Source: Chloroflexota bacterium (GTDB taxonomy: Bacteria; Chloroflexota; Limnocylindria; Limnocylindrales; CSP1-4). Taken from it: a DNA stretch of 64,000 bases. The translations under genes and the position numbers were made by a program. A model generated the notes under the pieces. It saw only the letters and a program-made list of their open reading frames with translations, made no database searches and was not told where the DNA came from. The DNA is taken from positions 25,098-89,097 of the forward strand of contig DAOUEA010000071.1 of NCBI GenBank assembly GCA_034430475.1, in the 5' to 3' direction. Below are positions 53,939 through 62,462 of the stretch, piece by piece; the first letter of the stretch is position 1, and every line of letters starts with the position of its first letter.

Positions 53939-55458
53939 CAGCGACCTTCTGATGTTGTGCCGGCCAGCTCGATCGTAGCGATCGAGCAGGGCGGCAAGGT
54001 GACCGTGAACGATCCGGGACCGTTCTCGGCTGCCGCCAGCGGCCGCGTCGAGACCCGATCCGGTTGGACAGGTGTGTTCGAGGCGTCGGGTGTGTCGGCC
54101 GCGAGAACCCCGCCGGACACGACCTTGCCTGCAGCTCTCACGGTAACGGGGAGCTGGCGCCCGAAATCGCGGTTCAGGACCGTGACGGCCAGCGATTCGC
54201 CGCGGCTGGAAGCCGTGGCGCTGATTGCCGGGCGACCCGACGGCCCGGCAGGGCCGCTCGAAACCTCGACCTGGAGTGCCTCGGCGCCCATGTGCGGCCG
54301 GTGGAGGGCGAAAGCATGGTAGGTGGGGGTGCGCACGCAGGCAGCCCCGTCGATCAGCAGCACGGTATGGAGCACGTTGGCCACCTGCGCCAGATTGGCC
54401 ATTGTGAGGACGCGGCACTGGCGGTGGAAGCCCTCGAGGGCGATCGCCGCGGCCAGGGCGTCGCGCATGGTGGAGGCCTGCTCAAAGGTGAGAGGCGTGC
54501 GACGGGCCACGTCGCCGGGGCCCCAATCGCGAGCCTCCGGGTGCCAGACGCCCCATTCGTCCAGGGCGACACCGATCTTCCGTTGCGGCGAAACCTCGGC
54601 CAGGAGCCGGCCGGCGCGCTCGACCATACCCTCGGTCTCGGACGCCTCGTCAAGGAGGGTGTAGTAGTCGGCCTCGGAGAACCCGGTTTCCGGGCCGCCC
54701 TGAACCCAGTAGCGGTGGACCGAGAGGTGGTCGAGCAGGGGCACTCCCTCGCCCATCGCCGCCAGGAGCTTGGCGTTCCACTGCGGGTCAACGCCGGGGC
54801 CCGCCAGGCCGGCGTCTTCCATGCCGACCGCGACCAGCTCCACCGCCGGATCCACGTGGCGAATCATCGTCGCGTAGCGCAGGTACTCGTGGGCGTACGA
54901 GGCCGGGTCGTAGCGGCCGCCGCAGTCCCAGGTCTCGTTGCCGACTCCCCACAGCCGAACGCCCCACGGCTCGCGCCTGCCGTTGGCGATTCGCTCCTGC
55001 GCCAGATCGGTGGGCGCCGTTCCGTTGACGTACTCGACCCAGTCGCAGGCCTCCTGCACCGAGCCGGAGCCGACGTTGAGGGCGAGATAGGGCTCGGCGC
55101 CGAGGTCCTCGCACAGGCCCAGGAACTCGTGAGTCCCAATGGCGTGGCTATCTGCCACCCGGGTGCCGCACGACGTGCCGAGCGTCCGCGGCCGACGGTC
55201 GGGCGCGCCCACCCCGTTTCGCCAGTGATAGTGATCGGCGTAGCAGCCGCCGGGCCAGCGGATCAGGGGGGCGCCGAGTTCACGCAGAGCCTCGACCGCG
55301 TCCGCGCGGAAGCCCGCCTTGGACCGGCCGTCTTCGCCGCCATCGGCCCACAGCCCACCGTAGCAACAGCGGCCCAGGTGCTCGGCGAAATGCCCGTACA
55401 GGCGCGGAGAGATAGTCCCAATCGGCTGGTCAAGGACGACCACCGACGCTTCTGCCAC
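53938..55458 (-). CDS. abfA: Alpha-L-arabinofuranosidase, glycoside hydrolase family 51
   Basis: GTG at 55458 (the track ORF extends to 56160); about 506 aa. ISPRLYGHFAEHLGRC.YGG.W, IRWPGGC.AD.YHW..G.G, acid/base region WGVGNETWDCGG, and LDEWGVW. Confidence 0.88.
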   Translation of the reverse strand: MAEASVVVLDQPIGTISPRLYGHFAEHLGRCCYGGLWADGGEDGRSKAGFRADAVEALRELGAPLIRWPGGCYADHYHWRNGVGAPDRRPRTLGTSCGTRVADSHAIGTHEFLGLCEDLGAEPYLALNVGSGSVQEACDWVEYVNGTAPTDLAQERIANGRREPWGVRLWGVGNETWDCGGRYDPASYAHEYLRYATMIRHVDPAVELVAVGMEDAGLAGPGVDPQWNAKLLAAMGEGVPLLDHLSVHRYWVQGGPETGFSEADYYTLLDEASETEGMVERAGRLLAEVSPQRKIGVALDEWGVWHPEARDWGPGDVARRTPLTFEQASTMRDALAAAIALEGFHRQCRVLTMANLAQVANVLHTVLLIDGAACVRTPTYHAFALHRPHMGAEALQVEVSSGPAGPSGRPAISATASSRGESLAVTVLNRDFGRQLPVTVRAAGKVVSGGVLAADTPDASNTPVQPDRVSTRPLAAAENGPGSFTVTLPPCSIATIELAGTTSEGR

Positions 55459-55521
55459 TTGGCTGCCCCCTGCGGTCACGCTGCATCTGGAAGGACCTAC
55501 CGGGCCGCCCAGAGAGGCCCG

Positions 55522-55540
55522 GCAATCGTATGTAGCATAC
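55522..55540. promoter_or_regulatory. Candidate operator/promoter motif, site 3 (GCAATCGTATG-TAG-CATAC)
   Basis: Contains both shared words (11-mer with site 1; 12-mer reverse complement of site 2). Inverted arms GTATG/CATAC. Lies 64-82 nt upstream of the abfA start in the abfA/AMMECR1 divergent region. Confidence 0.5.
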
Positions 55541-55689
55541 CATACCCGGCATTCACCACCAGCGCATACCCCGGCAATCGGATGCTGCCAGGATCCACTG
55601 GCGACGCGCGTGAAACATCCGCTGGCGACGCGTTCAGAACCTTCCGTTCGACTCTGGCGCCGGCGGCCGCGACGGTTCAGCCTGCCCCC

Positions 55690-56274
55690 ATGCACCCTCT
55701 TGCGAAGCCCGAGCGCACGCTGCTGCTGGACCTGGCCCGGGCCACCGTGGAGGCCACGGCCCGCGGCGAGGCGCGCCCGGAGCCGGAGCCGGCCAGCCTG
55801 ACCCCGGGCCTGCTCGCCCCGGGCGCTGCCTTCGTTACCCTCCACGAGCATGGGCAGCTGCGCGGCTGCATCGGCATGATGGCTTACGAGCGGCCGCTGT
55901 GGGCCAACGTCAGGGACTCGGCCGTGGCCGCCAGCCGGGACGACCCCCGCTTCCGACCGGTTGGCGCGGCCGAGCTTCGGGACATCGAGATCGAGGTCTC
56001 CGTCCTGGAGCCGCCGCGGCCCATCGCCGACCCTGGCGAGTTCGTGGCCGGCCGCCACGGGATCGTCATCGAGCGCGGCCTGAACCGCGGCCTCTTGCTG
56101 CCTCAGGTGGCCACCGAACAAGGCTGGGGCGAGGCGGAGATGCTGGAGGCGGTGTGCCATAAGGCCGGGCTGGGCGCCGATGCCTGGCGCGACCCCGGGA
56201 CGCAGCTGTACGTCTTCGAGTCGTTCTGTTTCGGAGGGGCAGACGACGAGGAGCCTGAATCGCCGCCCGGCTGA
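55690..56274 (+). CDS. AmmeMemoRadiSam system protein A (AMMECR1 domain)
   Basis: ATG at 55690 inside track ORF 54064..56274; 194 aa. GAAFVTLHEHGQLRGCIG, DPRFRPV and HGIVIERG.NRGLLLPQVA. Confidence 0.88.
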   Translation: MHPLAKPERTLLLDLARATVEATARGEARPEPEPASLTPGLLAPGAAFVTLHEHGQLRGCIGMMAYERPLWANVRDSAVAASRDDPRFRPVGAAELRDIEIEVSVLEPPRPIADPGEFVAGRHGIVIERGLNRGLLLPQVATEQGWGEAEMLEAVCHKAGLGADAWRDPGTQLYVFESFCFGGADDEEPESPPG

Positions 56275-56420
56275 GAGCGGAGCGTCGGGCTCGCGGGGGC
56301 CGGTGGCACCTGCCGGGCGGGTCCGCGGGAATCAGCCGATCCTCAGGTTGGCTTCAGGTTTCGAGTCGAGGATGAACCTCAACAGGCCCCCCAGAGGGCA
56401 TCTATTGGAGGTTCACCGCT

Positions 56421-57524
56421 GTGATTGCCAGACTTCGTGAACTCACGCGCCTTCGGGCCGCACCAGGCGCTCTGCTCCTGGCCACCCTGCTCGTCGTGGC
56501 CTCATGCGGCTCCGCCGCGACTTCGCCCGGCGCGCAGCCGACCGGAAGCGCCGCCGCGCCGGCCAGCGCGGGCACCGTCCTCACCGGTGTCGCTGCCACT
56601 CCGGCTGCGACCGCGCCGGCGCAGGTCGCGTCCGGGGCGGAGGCCCTCCAGGCCCAGATGGTCGCCGTCGTCAAGCTGGTCACCCCCTCGGTCGTCCAGA
56701 TCGAGACGAGCAACGGGCTCGGCTCCGGTGTCATCTACGATTCCGCCGGCGACATAGTGACCAACGCCCACGTGGCCGGCACAGACACGACGTTCAAGGT
56801 GGCGCTGTCGAACGGCAAGGTCTACGCCGGAACGCTCGTCGGCTCATACACTCCCGACGACATCGCCGTCATCAGGATCTCGGCCGCCGACCTGACGCCC
56901 GCCGTCTTCGGCGATTCGGGCGCCCTCTCCGTGGGCGACTTCGTGCTGGCGATGGGCAATCCCCTGGGACTGCAGTCGAGCGTCACCGAGGGCATCGTCA
57001 GCGCCCTGAGCAGGTCCCTGACCGAGCCGAACGGGAACGCTCTCCCCGACGTCATCCAGACCAGCGCCGCGATCAACCCCGGCAACAGCGGCGGCGCGCT
57101 GGTGAGCCTTGACGGCCAGGTCGTCGGCATCCCGACGCTGGGCGCGGTGGACCAGCAGGTCGGCGGCAGCGCCCCGGGCATCGGCTTCGCCATCTCCAGC
57201 AATCGCGCCCGGTTCATTGCCGACCAGCTGATCGCCAGCGGGCGAGTCACCAACTCGAGTCGCGGCTATCTCGGCATCCGCCTGACCGACTATGGACATG
57301 GCGTCGCGGTGACGTCTGTCGAGGCCGGCGGGCCGGCCCAGGAGGCAGGCATCGTCGCCGGCGACACGATCACGTCGGTGGCCGGCCAGCCGACGCCCGA
57401 CGCGTCGGCCCTGGCCGAGGTCGTGGTGGCGCTTGAGCCCGGCACGGTCGTCAACGTCGGCCTGCGGCACCAGGACGGCACGACGGCGACCGTCGATCTC
57501 ACGATCGGACAGTACCCAGGCTGA
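56421..57524 (+). CDS. HtrA/DegP-family (S1C) serine protease with one PDZ domain, lipoprotein-type signal
   Basis: 367 aa, GTG start with GGAGG upstream. Lipobox VVASCGS. Catalytic triad contexts TNAHV, DIAVIR and GNSGGAL. PDZ domain GYLGIRL... Confidence 0.9.
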   Translation: MIARLRELTRLRAAPGALLLATLLVVASCGSAATSPGAQPTGSAAAPASAGTVLTGVAATPAATAPAQVASGAEALQAQMVAVVKLVTPSVVQIETSNGLGSGVIYDSAGDIVTNAHVAGTDTTFKVALSNGKVYAGTLVGSYTPDDIAVIRISAADLTPAVFGDSGALSVGDFVLAMGNPLGLQSSVTEGIVSALSRSLTEPNGNALPDVIQTSAAINPGNSGGALVSLDGQVVGIPTLGAVDQQVGGSAPGIGFAISSNRARFIADQLIASGRVTNSSRGYLGIRLTDYGHGVAVTSVEAGGPAQEAGIVAGDTITSVAGQPTPDASALAEVVVALEPGTVVNVGLRHQDGTTATVDLTIGQYPG

Positions 57525-57525
57525 A

Positions 57526-57543
57526 AGGGAGGGCGCCCTCCCT
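57526..57543. terminator. Palindromic hairpin between convergent htrA and ABC-2 permease genes
   Basis: AGGGAGGGCGCCCTCCCT is a perfect 18-nt palindrome starting 2 nt after the htrA stop. There is no U-tract, so terminator function is uncertain. Confidence 0.4.
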
Positions 57544-57573
57544 ATCGGCGGCGCGTCCGCGCTGAACGGGCGC

Positions 57574-59259
57574 CTAGTCCACGTCTCGGCGGCGGATGGC
57601 CCAGGCGCCCAACAGCAGCCCACCGGCCGCGATTGCCAGACAGGCCGCCACGCCGGCCCAGCCCCAGCTGCCGGTTACCGGCTGGCCCAGGTGCGCCGCA
57701 ATGGCGAGCTGGTGGATCCAGTCCGGCAGCCTGAGAGCCGGCGCGATCAGGTCGATCAGGAACTCGACGACGACGACCAGGGCGACCACCTCGGCGGCCA
57801 CGGATGACCGGAAGCCTCCCACCGCGAAGCCGACCCCGGCAGCGGCGGCTGCCACGAGACCGAGGCTCAGCGTGCCTGCGGCCGGCGTCCACGGCTCCAT
57901 GCCGCCCAGCAGGGCGCCGATGCCGACGCCCGCGCAGGCCATGACGGCCATGACCGCGATCGCTGCGAAGGTGCCCAGGCCGCTCAGGAGAGCCCACCGG
58001 GCGCGGCCCAGCGGCCCGGTAAGCAGCATCTCCAGCCGGCCGGACCGTTCGTCCGAGGCCCAGCCGGCGATCATGGTCGCCGCAGCCAGGCCGGCCACGA
58101 CGTACATCAGCTGGATCAGCAGCTGCAGGAAGCTCGCGGCGCTGCCGATGTCGGTGTCCGGGAAGATGCCGGCCAGGGCGTCCTGGACGTCGCGCGACTC
58201 CGCGAACTGGTCGGCCAGGAGGGCGCTGATCGAAGCCAGGGCCAGACCGAAGACGCCGATGCCGAAGCCCCAGGCCAGGGCGAAGGGCAGCCGCTCGCCG
58301 AAGGCGCGCGAGGCCGGCCCCCGCAGGCCGAGAGAGATGGACGGCAGGCGCGGCATCCAGATCGCGGTGGTCGCGCCCACGTCACGCCGGGCGAACACCT
58401 CGATCCCGAGCGTCAGAAAGACGACGACGACCGCGACGACGGGCGCCACCCAGAACCAGTTGTACTGGCCGGCCAGCGGGATGTGGTCCGCTGTCCAGGC
58501 CCACGGTGTCAGGTCGCCCAGGGCCGCGAACGGCAGCCACAGCGCTCCATAGCCGTTCAGAGCCCAGCCGCCAAGCAGCGCCGCGCCGGCGATGCCCGCC
58601 CCCGCCGAGCGGCCGAAGAGCTGGGCCAGGGCGAACGCCAGCGCCCCGAAGGCCAGGGCCGAGAGGCCCAGGCAGACGACGTAGGCCAGGGCTGCCTGGG
58701 GAGGGATGGCGTCGGCGGGTATCCTGCCGAAGGCTGCCGTGGCCAGCCAGGCGGCCGCGGCCATGAGGGCCAGGACCGCGATCATGCCGGTCACGTGGGC
58801 GGCGAGCTTCTCCAGCGCCATGCGACGCTTGGTAAGCGGAGAGGCCGCGACGAACTCCAGGCTGCCGTCTCGGGCCTCCGTTGCGAGCGTGCCCGAGAGT
58901 GCGAGAACGGACCACAGCGAGGCGATGACGAAGAAGACGGGGCCGTACTTCCAGGATATGTACCCGCCGATGGTCCCGACGTTGACCGCCTTGCCGGAGG
59001 TGCCCTGCGCCGTGGCGGCCAGGTCGGCCGCCATCCTCACGATCTCGTCGCGGGCGGCCTGGGTGCTGTAGATGACGCTCGGAAGGGCCGTGCCGAGATA
59101 GAAGATCAGCCCCGCCAGGAGCAGCGCGGCGAACAGCAGGGCTCGCCGCGAATCCCTGAGCGTCTTGCCGTACACGCTGCCCAGGCCGATGAGACGGCTC
59201 CGCAGCGAGATGCCTCCAGTCCCGGGCGGCGGGACTGCTCCGGCGCGAGCGGCCATCAC
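57574..59259 (-). CDS. ABC-2-type transporter permease, internally duplicated (about 12 TM)
   Basis: 561 aa. Two ABC-2-like half-motifs (TEARDGSLEFVAASPLTKRR and SDERSGRLEMLLTGPLGRAR), each followed by hydrophobic helices. Confidence 0.75.
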   Translation of the reverse strand: MMAARAGAVPPPGTGGISLRSRLIGLGSVYGKTLRDSRRALLFAALLLAGLIFYLGTALPSVIYSTQAARDEIVRMAADLAATAQGTSGKAVNVGTIGGYISWKYGPVFFVIASLWSVLALSGTLATEARDGSLEFVAASPLTKRRMALEKLAAHVTGMIAVLALMAAAAWLATAAFGRIPADAIPPQAALAYVVCLGLSALAFGALAFALAQLFGRSAGAGIAGAALLGGWALNGYGALWLPFAALGDLTPWAWTADHIPLAGQYNWFWVAPVVAVVVVFLTLGIEVFARRDVGATTAIWMPRLPSISLGLRGPASRAFGERLPFALAWGFGIGVFGLALASISALLADQFAESRDVQDALAGIFPDTDIGSAASFLQLLIQLMYVVAGLAAATMIAGWASDERSGRLEMLLTGPLGRARWALLSGLGTFAAIAVMAVMACAGVGIGALLGGMEPWTPAAGTLSLGLVAAAAAGVGFAVGGFRSSVAAEVVALVVVVEFLIDLIAPALRLPDWIHQLAIAAHLGQPVTGSWGWAGVAACLAIAAGGLLLGAWAIRRRDVD

Positions 59260-59286
59260 TTCACCTCCGTCGCGGGCGGGCTCGTT

Positions 59287-60969
59287 TCAGGCATTGATGT
59301 CGCGACGGCGAATACCCCAGGCGCCGACGATGACTCCGCCGATCGCCAGCGCGATACAGGCCACCATGCCGACGGCGTTCCACTCGCCGATCATCGGCCG
59401 GCCCATGTGCGTGGTCAGCGCCAGCTGGTGGACCCAATCGGGCAGCTTGAGCGCCGGCGCAAGGAGGTCGACCAGGAACGTCGCGGTGACGAGAACCGCC
59501 GCGATCTCCGCGGCCAGCGACGTCCGCCACAAACCGCCTATGGCCATGCCCACGCCCACAACCGCCGCGGCGTACAGGCCCAGCATGGTCACGCCGGTTA
59601 TCGCCCCGCCGGTGTCGATGCCGGCGGACGCCGCACCGAGCCCGATCCCGGCGGCGAAGCCCACGGTCATGACGGCCACCGCCACGAAGGCGCCGATGCC
59701 GCCGCCGAGGACCCAGCGGCTGCGGGCCAGCGGCGTGCCGAGCAGCATCTCGAGCCGCCCTTCGGTCTCGTCGGAAGCCCACTTGGCCACAAGGGTTGCG
59801 CCGGCGTACCCGGCGATGATGAACAGCATGTTGATGTACAGCTGCAGGAAACCGCCGGCGGTGGTGACGTCGTAGTCGGGGAACAGCATCTCGAAGAGCT
59901 TCTTGTAGTCTGGTGCCTCGGCGATCTGGCCGGCCAGCGCGCCGACTAGCGACGCCAGCATGGCGCCGAACAGCCCCAGGCCGATGCCCCAGGCCAGCGC
60001 CCGCGGCAGCTGGTCGCCGAAGGAGCGATCGGATGGACCGCGTACGCCGAGCGTCGCCGCCGGCAGACCGGGGACCGAGAGCCCGGCCGTGACGCCGAGG
60101 TCCCGCCGCGCGAAGATCTCGATGCCCACGCCGAGGAGGACCACGGCGCACAGGCCGACCAGGGCCAGGGCCGGCCAGTCGTACTGGCCTACCAGGGCGG
60201 CATGATCAGCCGTCCACTTCCACGGGCTGAAGAAGGCGATGGGAGCCAGGGCTTCGTAGCCGTTGGAGATCCAGGCCACGACCATCGCCGCGCCGGCGAC
60301 GCCTGCCGAACCCGACTTGCCCAGCAGCGGCGCCAGGGCGAAAGCCAGGCCGCCGAAGAAAAGGGCGATGAAGCCCACCCACAGCGCGAAGCCGATCGCC
60401 GACAGGGGCGCGATGGCGTCGCCCAGCGAGGCGTCGCCCCACACGGCGGCACCGCCCCAGGCGAGCATGGCCATGATCGCCATCGTCAGCCAGAGCATGG
60501 TGAGATGCGCGGTCAGCTTCTCCAGCGCCACGCGGCGTTTGCCCAGCGGCGCCGAGGCAACTATGTCCAGGCTGCCCCGGGTGGCCTCGCCGGCGAGGGT
60601 GCCCGACAGGGCCAGGATCGACCACATGCCGGTGCCGAGGGCAAAGAAGGGCCCGTACTTCCAGTTCATCATCCCGCCCAGGGTGCCCACCTCGATCGGG
60701 TTGCCGAACAGGCCGGACATCGACGAGGGGATGGTCGCGATCAGCGTGTCCACCTCCAGGCGCGACGACGGTGTGGGGAAGAAGCTCGACACGGCCGAGG
60801 CGGCCGCCAGCATCATCCCGCCCAGTACGCCGGCGGCGATGATGAAGGCCAGCCGGGAGTCGCGGATCGTCTTGCCGTAGATGCTGCCAAAGCCGTACAG
60901 GCGGCGATGAAGCGGGATCGGGGGAAGGGCCGCCGCCGCGGGCGGCGCGCCCGCCTTGACGGTCATCAC
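59287..60969 (-). CDS. ABC-2-type transporter permease, paralog of the downstream gene (about 12 TM)
   Basis: 560 aa. Collinear with the 57574..59259 product (GFGSIYGKTIRDSRLAF vs GLGSVYGKTLRDSRRAL; GEATRGSLDIVASAPLGKRR; SDETEGRLEMLLGTPLARSR; shared C-terminal GAWxIRRRD). Confidence 0.75.
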   Translation of the reverse strand: MMTVKAGAPPAAAALPPIPLHRRLYGFGSIYGKTIRDSRLAFIIAAGVLGGMMLAAASAVSSFFPTPSSRLEVDTLIATIPSSMSGLFGNPIEVGTLGGMMNWKYGPFFALGTGMWSILALSGTLAGEATRGSLDIVASAPLGKRRVALEKLTAHLTMLWLTMAIMAMLAWGGAAVWGDASLGDAIAPLSAIGFALWVGFIALFFGGLAFALAPLLGKSGSAGVAGAAMVVAWISNGYEALAPIAFFSPWKWTADHAALVGQYDWPALALVGLCAVVLLGVGIEIFARRDLGVTAGLSVPGLPAATLGVRGPSDRSFGDQLPRALAWGIGLGLFGAMLASLVGALAGQIAEAPDYKKLFEMLFPDYDVTTAGGFLQLYINMLFIIAGYAGATLVAKWASDETEGRLEMLLGTPLARSRWVLGGGIGAFVAVAVMTVGFAAGIGLGAASAGIDTGGAITGVTMLGLYAAAVVGVGMAIGGLWRTSLAAEIAAVLVTATFLVDLLAPALKLPDWVHQLALTTHMGRPMIGEWNAVGMVACIALAIGGVIVGAWGIRRRDINA

Positions 60970-61868
60970 TTCACCTCGGCCGACTCGCGGCCGTACTGCG
61001 CCAGGAACGTCTCCTCCAGGCTGGGCTCACGGCTCAGGAAATCGATGACGCCCAGCTTGGCCGCGGCCTGGACCACGGGCGTGATGGAGCCCAGGACCCG
61101 CATCCGCAGGATGTGGTCTTCGACGGTGACGTCGCTGACGCCCTTCAGCTTCTTGAACTCGGCCGCGGGCGGCGCGCCCTCGAACCGCAGCTCCACCTGG
61201 TGGTGGGCCAGGTCGCGCAGGGCGTCGACCCGATCCACGCGCACCAGGCGGCCCTCGCGGATGATGGCCACGCGGTCGCAACTCCGCTCCACCTCGGACA
61301 GGATGTGGCTGGACAGGAAGACCGTGGCCCCGTCCTTGACGTGATCCCGCAGCAGGCTGAAGAAGGTCTGCTGGACCAACGGGTCGAGACCGGCAGTCGG
61401 CTCGTCGAGCATCAGCAGCTCCGGCCGGTGCTGGAGAGCCGCCACCAGGCCGACCTTCTGCTTGTTGCCCTTGGAGTACTCGCGATAGCGCCGGCTCGGG
61501 TCGAGGTCGAAGCGCTCGACGAGCTGGGCCCGGTAGGCCTTGTCCACGCCGCCGCGGAGGTTGCCGAAGTACTCCAGCGTCTGGCCGCCAGTCAGGCGGT
61601 CGTACAGGGCGAACTCGCCCGGCAGGTAGCCGATGCGGCGGTGGATCGCCACCGGGTCGACCGACGATTCGATGCCGAAGACGTAGGCCTTGCCGGAAGT
61701 CGGACGGATGAGGTCCAGCAGGACTCGGATGGTCGTCGTCTTGCCTGCGCCGTTGGGACCGAGGAAGCCGAAGACCTCGCCCTGGTGCACATCGAGGTCG
61801 ACCTCGATGATGCCCCGGTGCGAGCCGTAGTACTTGGTAAGCTTCTCGGTCTTGATGATCTCGGCCAT
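60966..61868 (-). CDS. ABC transporter ATP-binding protein (ABC-2/DrrA-like)
   Basis: 300 aa. GGAGGA upstream. Walker A GPNGAGKTTT, signature YSKGNKQKVGLV, Walker B LLMLDEPT. 4-nt overlap with the permease gene. Confidence 0.92.
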   Translation of the reverse strand: MAEIIKTEKLTKYYGSHRGIIEVDLDVHQGEVFGFLGPNGAGKTTTIRVLLDLIRPTSGKAYVFGIESSVDPVAIHRRIGYLPGEFALYDRLTGGQTLEYFGNLRGGVDKAYRAQLVERFDLDPSRRYREYSKGNKQKVGLVAALQHRPELLMLDEPTAGLDPLVQQTFFSLLRDHVKDGATVFLSSHILSEVERSCDRVAIIREGRLVRVDRVDALRDLAHHQVELRFEGAPPAAEFKKLKGVSDVTVEDHILRMRVLGSITPVVQAAAKLGVIDFLSREPSLEETFLAQYGRESAEVK

Positions 61869-61957
61869 GCTGTCCTCCGGTCGTCTGCGCCCGGTGAGGT
61901 GGGTGGGCTACGATTCTCCCCCAACGAGTGGCCGGTGCCAACAAGAATCGGAGGCGA

Positions 61958-62308
61958 ATGGACAGGGCCAGACGGAAGGAACTGACAGCTGAGTACCTGC
62001 GGGCGCGACGGCCGGCCGGCGTCTACGCCATCCGTTGCGCGGGCAGCGGCAAAGCCCTCCTCGGCTGCTCGCCGAATCTCGACAGCGCCCGCAACAGGGT
62101 CGAGTTCGCGCGGGCGACGAACACGCCGGGCGCCCTGGACGGGCGGCTGCGGGCCGACTTCGAGCGGTTCGGCGCCGAGGCCTTCTCGTTCGAGGTCCTG
62201 GACGCCCTGGACGTTGCGCCCGAAGCTACCGAGGCGGACCTGCAGGCCGACCTGGACGCGCTCCTGCAGCTCTGGCGCGAGAAGCTCGATCCGGCCGGCC
62301 TGTACTAG
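61958..62308 (+). CDS. Small stand-alone GIY-YIG domain protein
   Basis: MDRARRKELTAEYLRARRPAGVYAIRC.GSGKALLGCSPNL...RNRVEF......ALD.RLRADFERFGAEAFSFEVLD resembles the roughly 110-aa GIY-YIG family (GVY.I.N..NGK.L.G.S.NL....NR..F). The track start is GTG 61928; the ATG at 61958 has GGAGG upstream. Confidence 0.6.
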   Translation: MDRARRKELTAEYLRARRPAGVYAIRCAGSGKALLGCSPNLDSARNRVEFARATNTPGALDGRLRADFERFGAEAFSFEVLDALDVAPEATEADLQADLDALLQLWREKLDPAGLY

Positions 62309-62462
62309 CTGCGGTGGGCGGCGGAGCTCCCGGCCTCTCCCGCCCCGAGGGCCCGTCGTGACAGCGAACCTACTTCGCCCCGGCCCGGTCATAGGAGTGA
62401 AAGTCGTCGCCTGCTCTCGCTACACTGATGGCGGGGCAGTGCGACGAGCACGGAGGAGGGTC

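Noticed and set aside
53938-56274. Over-extended ORFs 53938..56160 (minus) and 54064..56274 (plus)
   Set aside because: The real genes are GH51 (start 55458) and AMMECR1 (start 55690). The extensions are mutually antisense low-complexity sequence crossing the divergent intergenic region.
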